From: Candidatus Hydrogenedentota bacterium
GTDB lineage: Bacteria; Hydrogenedentota; Hydrogenedentia; Hydrogenedentales; SLHB01
Assembly: GCA_034408725.1 (NCBI GenBank)
Contig: JAWXCN010000111.1
Span: 1-32,165 of the forward strand
Length of the DNA stretch: 32,165 nucleotides
Reading direction: 5' to 3'
In this document: positions 8,430 to 16,532 of the stretch, piece by piece
Position numbering within the stretch: position 1 is the first letter of the stretch
How the letters are laid out: every line of letters begins with the position of its first letter
Notes under the pieces: model-generated
Told to the model about the DNA's origin: nothing
What the model saw: only the letters and a program-made list of their open reading frames with translations
Database searches by the model: none
Position numbers and translations under genes: made by a program

Positions 8430-11400
8430 GTGAAGTCGAGCGAGATTCGCCAAAACGAGGTGGCCTTTTGCGCGGATGTGAAGTCATGGGCCGATGCGCT
8501 AATTGCCAATCACCCGGAATGGCCATTCAGCCATGTCAAGATCGAGCAATATGGCATAGGTTCCCGCAAACGCTCCGATCTTCGCGTTTATAGAAAAGGC
8601 AGTGGCACGCCAGTCCTTGCGGGAGAGGTAAAACTTCCAGGAACTCCGGAAGGAAGAAGCCCATACGATTCGAATCTAATGCAGGACGCCTTTAACAAGG
8701 CGGACAATATACAATCTCCCTATTTTTTCACCTGGAATATCAACACGTTCGCATTATTTGATCGCAGTAAGTGGAACGTTCCGCTTTTTGAACGCCGGGT
8801 TCGTCAATGGGAACTTGGTACAGTGCTTACCTCGCCACTGGATTGCTCACGACCAGATGTGCAGCAGCGAGTTCGCGATCAATTGTTGCCCGCGATATTC
8901 GCCGAACTGGCGCGAATTGTCGATGGCAAAGTTACAGAATGGGGTATGCGTCCAGATGACTTGTTCATTCGGTCACTAGAAAGCCATCTCGAATGGCCTG
9001 TACTTGGCACGAGAGATTATCTCATTATGAACTCCAGGACTGACGATGTTTTCGCCACACAACTACAGAGTTGGATGGCCGAAGAAATGAACTGGACCTT
9101 CGATCCCAATGACGATGAGAATTGGGCTGAAGCTACAGAGCGCGCGGCGCGAACGCTATGCTACGTTTTCTGCAATCGGGCAATTTTCTATGAGGCAATT
9201 CGCGCGAAGTTCCCGCAGAATCTTACCGCCCTATCCATGCCCAGGAAAGGCAGGGGCACACATCATGGAGTCTACGAGTATTTTCGAAATGGTTTTAAGC
9301 AAGCGGTACTCGCAAGCGGGGACTATGAACCAGTCTTTTATCCACACGTGGATGATTGGGCTGGTTCTTTGGTTTTCGCATCAGACCAAGCATGTGAAGG
9401 GTGGCGCGGACTATTCGTAAGCCTAGCACAATACAATTTTCGACAGATTCCTCACGACATTATCGGGGGCATTTTTCAAAAGCTTATTTCCCCGGAAGAA
9501 CGCCAGAAATTCGGTCAATTTTTCACTGGCGAAGATATTGTTGATATCGTTAATGCGTTTTGCATACGTCGGGCGGGAGATCGAGTCATTGACCCCGCTT
9601 GTGGCTCCGGTAGCTTCCTTGTTCGCGCGTATCATCGCAAGGCGTGGTTGTCGGAACATAAAAGTGGTGGTCGCCGCAATCACGACAACAGAAAACGACA
9701 TTTTGAACTTCTTCAGGAGACATGTGGGTGCGACATAGCACTGTTCGCGGCTCATTTAGCAACCCTGAATCTTGCCGCTCGCCGTATTGAAGAGGAAGAA
9801 AATTACCCCCTTATCAGCCGGGGTAATTTTTTTGAGACTATTGAAGATCGACGTCACTTTTTCAAGATTCCGGGAAATCCAAAACCGTCCGGCGGCCGAG
9901 AGCTCGTGAGCGTTCCGCTAGCATCCATGGATGCAGTGATAGGAAATCCGCCTTATGTTAGACAGGAACAAATTCCACGAAAACTCGATTTGAAACGACA
10001 GCGCGGCGAGACAAAACATTCTCACGAGAGTCGTTTAAAAACAACGAAGGAACACTTGACGTCCCTCTGTAGCCAACTCTGGCCAGGCTTGAAGATGAGT
10101 GGCCGTAGCGACCTCCACTGCTATTTTTGGCCGGTTGCTGCAAGTTTACTGGACGAAGGCGGTTATTTTGGCTTTCTTACCTCATCAAGCTGGCTAGATG
10201 TTGAGTATGGGTTCCCGCTACAGCGCTGGATTCTAAAGAATTTCAAGCTAGTCGCTGTACTCGAAAGCTTGGACGAACCATGGTTTCAAGATGCCCGCGT
10301 AAAAACGTCCATTACAATTCTACAGCGATGCACTGACGAACGCGATCGCATGGACAATACTGTGCGTTTTGCCCGTTTCTTTAAGCCGGTAAAAGAAATT
10401 CTCGGCCTTCGACCTCATGGCGATGAATCTGCGCGACAAAACGCTGCTGAAGCTTTGCGCAAACTCATAGTTGGCACACGATCTCCATTCAGCGATGATC
10501 GCATGCGCATCATTCCTATCCGGCAGTCCGAACTTTGGACGGAGGGACTGAGGGCAGCAAATCTGTTGCGCGGGCACGATAAGTTTCCGAGTCAAGTGGA
10601 CGTAGATGGGCCGGAAGAGTCGACCTCCAATTCCACCGAAGCAGACGCGATGGAGCACATTGCGTCAGATTACGCTGCAGGGAAATGGGGCCGTTTTTTA
10701 CGAGCGCCAGACTTATATTTCCGCCTAATGCGGGTATACGGAAATCGGTTCGTGCGATTGGGAGAAGTCGCGGAAATCCGGTTCGGTATCAAGAGCGGCT
10801 GTGACGCTTTTTTTATGCCACGCGATGTTACAAATGCAATTTTGACCGAAATGCGGAAGGGTCTGCCATGGCACGATGTGCCATTGATGCGGACATGCAA
10901 ACGCAGCGAGATTGAAGACGGCAAGGTACGCGTGGTGCGCGCTGGAGACAATACGCTACATCCGGTTGAGACTAAGTTCCTTCGTCCTGAAGTACATAGT
11001 CTAATGGAAGTGCATCGTCCCGTTATCCGCGTTGCTGATCTCGACCGTGTGGTTTTGTGGGTAAATCAGCCTTTATCTGAACTAATCGGTACCTATGCAG
11101 AAAAGTACATCCGTTGGGGTGCGAAACAAACCTTCGCATCCAAGAAATCGAAAGCAGTACCAGTTCCGTTGCGAAGTTCGTGTGCTGGCAGGCCGTTGTG
11201 GTACGACCTCACCGGAATTGGCGTTGGAAAAATATTTTGGCCAATGGCTCAAAAATACAGACACATCGCGCCGCTAAATCCTGATGGCCTAGTATGTAAT
11301 CATAATCTCTTTTACCTCGACGCATCCACACTCGATACTCACCAAACTATCAGTCTGTGCGGCGTTTTAAACTCCACGATAGTAGCACTGTTCAAACACT

Positions 11401-12161
11401 TTTACGGTCGTTACGCAGGTTCCGAAGGAACACTTAAAACCGAGGTCGTCGACACCGTGCTATTGGAAATCCCTGATCCGCGTGCAGTACAACCGGAATT
11501 GGCCGAACGCATGAAACATGCACTCGATAGAATGAGTCAGCGTAAAGTAACTCATATGGTTGATGAGGCATTGCTGCGATGTCATTCTCAAGAGGCTATG
11601 CGAGACATACTGAATGGCGAAGCGGCTTTGCCGCTAGAACTGCGCCAAGAAGATAGACGGGACTTGGACGGGTGCGTCTTTGAATTACTCGGTGTAACTG
11701 ATCAAAGGCAGCGAGAGACGCTTATTGACGAACTTTATACGGTAGTTACAGCCTATTATGGCTATCAGCGAACACAAGATATACAGTCCACCGAAAATAG
11801 GTCTGGCAAGAAAAGTGGTCGAATTAGTCCTCAAGACCTCGCAGAAAGTATTTGGCGTACGCTTGATGACAAAGCGAAGCGTTTGCCTGTTACGGAGTGG
11901 ATTGCGAGTGAATTTGGTGCGGTGGAAACGGTCCACATTCCCGATGGAAAACCTGATGCCCTCGGCTCGCAAGATATGTTTAATCCATCCACTGTAAAAG
12001 CGTGCGAGAAAGCCCTTTCTCTGCTTGGCAAGAACTTGCTCATGTCGGGAGAACGGTATGAGGAAGCGGCGCGTTCTCGCACCGGAACTCTTGCGCTCCA
12101 GGAGAAAGTCAAAGATTTGCTTATGCAGTGGCGAATCCATGGCAGGGGCAATGCGAATTGA
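8430..12161 (+). CDS. Fused restriction endonuclease / N6-adenine DNA methyltransferase (type IIG/IIL-like R-M enzyme)
   Basis: 1243 aa; N-terminal PD-(D/E)xK-like RSDLRVY...AGEVKLP; ERQKFGQFFT; SAM motif I VIDPACGSGSFL; motif IV IGNPPYVRQE; C-terminal putative TRD. Visibly AT-richer than the flanks. Confidence 0.9.
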   Translation: MKSSEIRQNEVAFCADVKSWADALIANHPEWPFSHVKIEQYGIGSRKRSDLRVYRKGSGTPVLAGEVKLPGTPEGRSPYDSNLMQDAFNKADNIQSPYFFTWNINTFALFDRSKWNVPLFERRVRQWELGTVLTSPLDCSRPDVQQRVRDQLLPAIFAELARIVDGKVTEWGMRPDDLFIRSLESHLEWPVLGTRDYLIMNSRTDDVFATQLQSWMAEEMNWTFDPNDDENWAEATERAARTLCYVFCNRAIFYEAIRAKFPQNLTALSMPRKGRGTHHGVYEYFRNGFKQAVLASGDYEPVFYPHVDDWAGSLVFASDQACEGWRGLFVSLAQYNFRQIPHDIIGGIFQKLISPEERQKFGQFFTGEDIVDIVNAFCIRRAGDRVIDPACGSGSFLVRAYHRKAWLSEHKSGGRRNHDNRKRHFELLQETCGCDIALFAAHLATLNLAARRIEEEENYPLISRGNFFETIEDRRHFFKIPGNPKPSGGRELVSVPLASMDAVIGNPPYVRQEQIPRKLDLKRQRGETKHSHESRLKTTKEHLTSLCSQLWPGLKMSGRSDLHCYFWPVAASLLDEGGYFGFLTSSSWLDVEYGFPLQRWILKNFKLVAVLESLDEPWFQDARVKTSITILQRCTDERDRMDNTVRFARFFKPVKEILGLRPHGDESARQNAAEALRKLIVGTRSPFSDDRMRIIPIRQSELWTEGLRAANLLRGHDKFPSQVDVDGPEESTSNSTEADAMEHIASDYAAGKWGRFLRAPDLYFRLMRVYGNRFVRLGEVAEIRFGIKSGCDAFFMPRDVTNAILTEMRKGLPWHDVPLMRTCKRSEIEDGKVRVVRAGDNTLHPVETKFLRPEVHSLMEVHRPVIRVADLDRVVLWVNQPLSELIGTYAEKYIRWGAKQTFASKKSKAVPVPLRSSCAGRPLWYDLTGIGVGKIFWPMAQKYRHIAPLNPDGLVCNHNLFYLDASTLDTHQTISLCGVLNSTIVALFKHFYGRYAGSEGTLKTEVVDTVLLEIPDPRAVQPELAERMKHALDRMSQRKVTHMVDEALLRCHSQEAMRDILNGEAALPLELRQEDRRDLDGCVFELLGVTDQRQRETLIDELYTVVTAYYGYQRTQDIQSTENRSGKKSGRISPQDLAESIWRTLDDKAKRLPVTEWIASEFGAVETVHIPDGKPDALGSQDMFNPSTVKACEKALSLLGKNLLMSGERYEEAARSRTGTLALQEKVKDLLMQWRIHGRGNAN

Positions 12162-12340
12162 CCATTTCTTAAAGCGTGACTTGATATGCGAGGTGGTCGT
12201 GGAAACTTTCTTCGTACTATTGAGACTACCGGCATATGCTGACGTCTGACAGAATTGAACGGCTGGTTGCACGACGGGCCTAAATAGCACAAGAAATAAT
12301 AAAAAACACTAGCTTTGAATCACTGTGGAAGGTTACGTCT

Positions 12341-12988
12341 ATGGCGTTGATGGCGCAGGATATTGTCATTACTGACGTTGCTACGTCGGGGGTTTGTTTA
12401 GCTAACTTAGCGGGCATTTCTTCCGCACCTTCCGCGCAATACATAGGAAAATGCTTTGCATTCGATGAGGGTCGCGTTTCTATTGAAGCTGACCAAGTGG
12501 GGCAATGTGTGCATGCGCACCTGCTTTGCCAAACAATTATCGGCCTCTGGAAAGAACAGTGCACGGAAAAAGTATTCGTTTGCTATTTGTTGCATCCGGG
12601 AATGGTGCGATTATTCTTCTGTTCACAGCGAAAAAAGTATCCCGCGAAATTTCATACCGTCCTGACTCAATGCGCCGGCTATCTAGAATGTGGTCAGGAT
12701 GCTTTCGCTCTCGAGAGCATTCGACCACTGGCTTTCTGGGAGCCGCCTTGCACCTCGGTGGCGCTTTGGCCAACTGGATATTACGGAGAGACGGATGGGC
12801 AAAGAATTGTGGATACAGGAAATTTGTTGGCATATTTCAGCTTCGAAGAGGAATCAGGTTGCGAGGAAATGGAGCCCGAGTATATTCGGATTCCCACATC
12901 AGAGCACTCGGAGTTTTTATTGGGTAAAGAAACGTATCGTTATCTTAATCGCTGGATCCGGATAGCCGATGGCCAAGTAGCAATGTAG
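12341..12988 (+). CDS. Hypothetical Cys-rich protein
   Basis: 215-aa ORF in the AT-richer block, GGAAGG upstream of ATG, same strand as the R-M gene; no recognised motif. Confidence 0.55.
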   Translation: MALMAQDIVITDVATSGVCLANLAGISSAPSAQYIGKCFAFDEGRVSIEADQVGQCVHAHLLCQTIIGLWKEQCTEKVFVCYLLHPGMVRLFFCSQRKKYPAKFHTVLTQCAGYLECGQDAFALESIRPLAFWEPPCTSVALWPTGYYGETDGQRIVDTGNLLAYFSFEEESGCEEMEPEYIRIPTSEHSEFLLGKETYRYLNRWIRIADGQVAM

Positions 12989-13276
12989 GGAATAACGCAG
13001 TTCCCATACAACCGACAGGGACGCCACGCGAACATGAAGGTTGTATGGAACGCGAGTGTGGACCGGGACAATTCCAAGGCAGTTCCCGATCTCCCCTTCC
13101 GAACGATCCGTGGCCCTCGGGAGAAGGTACGTCTCGGTAAAAGGTACTGCAGGAATGGACTGGACGAAGTAGACGCGCCGCCCCGGCGCGTGTCGGCATC
13201 TATAGACCCTAAAAAGCAATTTTTTTCTGTAGTGTTGCAGTCGGCGACCATTCATCCGGAGAATGGTTTTTCAGTT

Positions 13277-13301
13277 GTGGCCGGTCTCCAGACCGCGCCA
13301 C
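13277..13301. repeat. Imperfect palindrome at the right edge of the AT-richer block
   Basis: GTGGC-CGGTC-tcca-GACCG-c-GCCAC. Confidence 0.55.
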
Positions 13302-13360
13302 CCACGCGACCCGCAAGTCTCCCCTCCTACCCAACCAGTTAACCCATCATTTCTCCGTAT

Positions 13361-13405
13361 CCGTCCACACCGTCCACACCGTCCATATCGTCCACATCGT
13401 CCACA
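13361..13405 (+). repeat. 9-mer tandem repeat YCGTCCACA x5
   Basis: ccgtccaca ccgtccaca ccgtccata tcgtccaca tcgtccaca. Confidence 0.88.
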
Positions 13406-13427
13406 GCGACGACGTTTCCCCCCCAAC

Positions 13428-13499
13428 GGAGCGCGGTTTTTCCAACCCGCGATTGAATTACCCCCCCCCGACAAACGCGGGTCAGAAACCCGGCCCTCC
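13428..13499. repeat. Inverted pair of GGAG-type REP-like units (REP doublet)
   Basis: GGAGCGCGGTTTTTCCAACCCGCG (13428-13451) and CGCGGGTCAGAAACCCGGCCCTCC (13476-13499), approximately reverse complementary. Confidence 0.65.
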
Positions 13500-13614
13500 G
13501 CAATTGCACAGTATTAGCGTCTTGGACAATTAACTACCTTTCGTTTCGCGCGACGACTATCCGTAGTCACTCCCGCACTGCAACATGCCGCCCATACTTA
13601 TGGGAGGTAACATC

Positions 13615-14499
13615 ATGGCAGCCAGTCTCACCACGCTCGGCACCCCGCGCGCTCCAGGCTGGTCCCGCGAATGGTTTGCCCGCGTCGAAGCCGAGGAACA
13701 GCAGTTAAACCGCCGAATCTGCGGCGGTGTTACCCCTGCCATGACCCCCTGCACCCTGTCCTCCGATCACTCCTCAGGTCGTTGTCGGTTCCACGGCGGC
13801 ACCCCCAACATCGGCCCGCCTGCGGACAATCTTAACGCGCGCGTGCACGGTCTGTACTCGCGGCGGTTGCAGCGGTGCGGGGTGCAGTGTCCGTTGTGGG
13901 AGTCGTGCGGGTTTGCGTCGGACGACATCCTGGCATTGCCGGTGAAGCAGAGGCCGTATTGCGCGTATGAGCGGGAGGAGTACGCGGCGCTTGTGGCGTT
14001 TTATTTCAAGGACGAGCTGGAACCGGAGATCGCGTGGGAAGACGACGGCGACGCGGAGAATGACCATGACGATTGGGGTTCGTCGTTGTCGCGGTCGGAG
14101 TGTCCGGAGCCGTTTCTGATGCATCAACTGGTGTTGTTGACGGTGATGTGCACGCGGGCGGCGGCGGTTCTGGGTAACGCGACGTTGACGGACGCTGTCG
14201 AGGTGGAGTCGGAGCGTTACCGGATGAAGACGGTGAAGCCGGGCGCGGCGTTGGAGGCGTTTTTGCGCATTGCGCGGGAGTTCCGCGGGTTGCGCGCGGT
14301 GATCAGTACGAAGAAGTTAATCCCGGAGCCGCGGAAGATGGGGCTGGCGTCGCGGTATCGGGATTTGATGATAAAGACGCGGGGAGTTGAGGAAGAGGCG
14401 ATTGCGGAGACGGAGCGACGGCGAAAGGAGGAAGCGGGTATCGGGTTCCGGGTTTCGGGTGTCGCAGATGAGAATGGAGCGACGCGAGATAGTGAGTAG
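13615..14499 (+). CDS. HGGxSTG-like Cys/His-rich protein with NARxHGLYS motif (phage small-terminase-like N-terminus), function unknown
   Basis: GGAGG RBS before ATG 13615; ICGG...PC...GRCRFHGGTPNIGPP...NLNARVHGLYS, then CGVQCPLWESC...YC; acidic linker; helical C-terminus. Confidence 0.8.
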   Translation: MAASLTTLGTPRAPGWSREWFARVEAEEQQLNRRICGGVTPAMTPCTLSSDHSSGRCRFHGGTPNIGPPADNLNARVHGLYSRRLQRCGVQCPLWESCGFASDDILALPVKQRPYCAYEREEYAALVAFYFKDELEPEIAWEDDGDAENDHDDWGSSLSRSECPEPFLMHQLVLLTVMCTRAAAVLGNATLTDAVEVESERYRMKTVKPGAALEAFLRIAREFRGLRAVISTKKLIPEPRKMGLASRYRDLMIKTRGVEEEAIAETERRRKEEAGIGFRVSGVADENGATRDSE

Positions 14500-14585
14500 C
14501 GAGTAGCGAGTAATGAACAGCAGGCTTTGGCGGATAATGTATCGCCGCCCGCGAGACCCGGGACCCGATATTCGCCCGGAACCCG
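14436..14585 (-). repeat. Heptamer-flanked dispersed element, copy 3 (inverted)
   Basis: Reverse complement aligns with copy 1: GCGATACATTATCCGCCAAAGCCTGCT...TACTCGC TACTCGC TACTCACTATCTCGCGTCGCTCCATTCTCATCTGC GACACCC GAAACCC GGAACCC GATACCC. Confidence 0.9.
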
Positions 14586-15521
14586 CTATTTCCCCAACGC
14601 GTCCGACAGCGTCTTCGCGGCGGCGATTGCCGGTTCGCGGCCGCGCACGCCGGTCACGCCGGCGACATACGCATCGGTGTGAAATACGGCGTCAAAGAAA
14701 CCACCGCCGGCGTCCGCGGAGGTGATCGGCGCGGATGCTTCGACGTTGTCCGCATATTTTGTCAGGTAGTCGACATACTTTTCGTGCGTCACCTTTGCGG
14801 TGGCCGCATCGGTTTGACGAGAGACGAATACTTTGTATTTCTCATCACCATCGGCATAGACGGCCGTAAACGTATCGCGCAGGAAATCGAGGCTGAGCGC
14901 GTCAACGAGAAAATATTGGATCGACGTTTCTACCCGGTTTTTCGCGGGCAATACGCCGGGGCCCCAAAGTTTCTCCGGCGAATCTTCGAGCCGCGCTGCC
15001 AGCGCGTTGCCCACCGACAGCAGCAGCGCGTCGGTGTTTTCCGCGTCGCGCGGGCCGAGCATGGTCGCGTAATAGCGGCCTTTCCAGAAGATGAGGTCGG
15101 CGCCGGTGCGGTAGGCGGCGCGGCCAAGCTCCACCGGTTTCTCATCTCCGCCGCGCTCGACGGAGAACACGCCAAAGGCGTTGTGCGCGGTGCCCATGTC
15201 GTAGAGATAGATGTCGATAAGGTCCGACTCCTTCGTGTCGTTCGCGAACGATACGAAGGTCAATCCAATGACGTCGTAGGCCATGTACAACTCGGAGCGG
15301 CCATTGATCTTGTCGTACATGTTTTCCGGCACGTACCGTTCCACGGCGCCGGCGCGCTTCCATCCCTTCGGCGGATCCAGCTCCAACGCCGTGGCAATGG
15401 TATCCGTAACCTTCAACATCGCAGGGGTCGGCGCGCTCGTAGCGGCCAGCGCCCCTTCGTCATCGGCGCGCGCGCTCACCGCGCCAATCGCCAACCCCAG
15501 GGCCAGGAGGTATCGCGTCAT
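14586..15521 (-). CDS. Secreted DUF6599-like protein
   Basis: Signal peptide (..AVSARA|DD); motifs ENMYDKINGRSELY, DIYLYDMGTAHNAFGVFS, FWKGRYY. Confidence 0.82.
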   Translation of the reverse strand: MTRYLLALGLAIGAVSARADDEGALAATSAPTPAMLKVTDTIATALELDPPKGWKRAGAVERYVPENMYDKINGRSELYMAYDVIGLTFVSFANDTKESDLIDIYLYDMGTAHNAFGVFSVERGGDEKPVELGRAAYRTGADLIFWKGRYYATMLGPRDAENTDALLLSVGNALAARLEDSPEKLWGPGVLPAKNRVETSIQYFLVDALSLDFLRDTFTAVYADGDEKYKVFVSRQTDAATAKVTHEKYVDYLTKYADNVEASAPITSADAGGGFFDAVFHTDAYVAGVTGVRGREPAIAAAKTLSDALGK

Positions 15522-15569
15522 CTGTGTCCTTTTTCCTCTCGCGCCAATTCCGATTGCAACGCAGTCACT

Positions 15570-16532
15570 TTACGTAGCGACGGCCGATTCCAGGTACGCT
15601 TCCAGCTTGTCGAACGAACCGGACCAACCAAGCGTCATGCCGCCCCGCTCGTTGACAAAGGCGTCGATTTCTTCCGGCGTGACCGCGCCATACGGCTGCC
15701 AGGTAACGGTGACGCGCGTGGCGTCCGGGACTTCTGCCGCAAGCGCGACGGTCGTGAGCATGGTTTCCGGCCACACCGGCGCCATCGGATGCCGGGAGAT
15801 GTTCTCGTTCTCGTCGACAAACTGCTGGGTGTATACAATGCGATCGGGCCGCTTCATTTCAAGATACTGTGTTCGCCCGCGCAGTTGCATCCCGGCATCG
15901 TTGGACATAACGAACACCGAACTTCCGCCTTCGCGCATGTCGCATTTCAGAAACTTCATCGTGAAACCCGTCGGCGGCAACCATTGCACGAAATGCTCCG
16001 GCGATGTCCACATGTCGTACAGCGTCTCGATCGGTACGTCGAACGTGCGGTTTATAACAAAGTGTTCTTTCCCGGTGGCGTTCTTCTCCAGGTATTCCGC
16101 CAAGCGGTCCCAGGTGGCATTTCCACCTGCCAGTTTAATGAATGCGCGGGTTTCCGCGGCCGCTTCCGGCGTGGGCAGCGTCATCCGCATGTCAATCCGC
16201 GTCTTGCCATCGACCTCCGCAAATTCGGCGGTCACACGGAACAGTGAAGGCCGATCGTCGTAGCCGCCGTGATCATAGACCAGTCGCTTTTCCTTTTCGA
16301 CTTCATGGTACAGCGTCTTGTTGGGATAGTCCGTGCCGTCCGGTCCGTACATCGTATAGTGCCAGATGCCGCCGGGCCGCAGATCTTTGCTGTGCGTCGT
16401 CAACGTGAACCCGCGGGGACCCCACCATTGCGCCACCTGCTTCGGATTGGTCCACGCCTCCCACACCAGTTTGACGGGTGCGTCGTATACGCGCGTGATT
16501 ACGATCTCGTTCGACTTATTTTTTGCGCCCAT
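15570..16532 (-). CDS. Tandem SRPBCC/AHSA1-domain protein
   Basis: Two repeats of the ITRVYDAPVKLVWEAWTNP..QWWGP / INRTFDVPIETLYDMWTSPEHFVQWLPP pattern; DLRPGG / DMREGG; overlaps the ArsR stop. Confidence 0.92.
   Translation of the reverse strand: MGAKNKSNEIVITRVYDAPVKLVWEAWTNPKQVAQWWGPRGFTLTTHSKDLRPGGIWHYTMYGPDGTDYPNKTLYHEVEKEKRLVYDHGGYDDRPSLFRVTAEFAEVDGKTRIDMRMTLPTPEAAAETRAFIKLAGGNATWDRLAEYLEKNATGKEHFVINRTFDVPIETLYDMWTSPEHFVQWLPPTGFTMKFLKCDMREGGSSVFVMSNDAGMQLRGRTQYLEMKRPDRIVYTQQFVDENENISRHPMAPVWPETMLTTVALAAEVPDATRVTVTWQPYGAVTPEEIDAFVNERGGMTLGWSGSFDKLEAYLESAVAT

Noticed and set aside
8430-12988. BREX (PglX), DISARM or type I R-M system
   Set aside because: No pglZ/brxC/brxL, drm helicases, hsdR or hsdS adjacent; the protein carries its own N-terminal nuclease motif.
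13034-13342. 102-aa ORF after the Cys-rich gene
   Set aside because: No RBS or motif and it runs into the palindromic repeat; unsupported.
13820-13860. Chromosomal oriC at the skew flip
   Set aside because: No dnaA/dnaN/parAB, no AT-rich unwinding element and no DnaA-box cluster; the only TTATCCACA I noticed is at 9338-9346 inside the R-M gene. Cannot be fully excluded without the whole contig.
13615-14499. Intact prophage
   Set aside because: No structural, lysis, replication or integrase genes anywhere in the window.
14679-16247. 522-aa + strand ORF
   Set aside because: Antisense shadow of the DUF6599-like and SRPBCC genes; Arg-rich, no motifs. The same applies to most other overlapping ORFs in the track (e.g. 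5253-6227, 21731-22714, 24354-25424).
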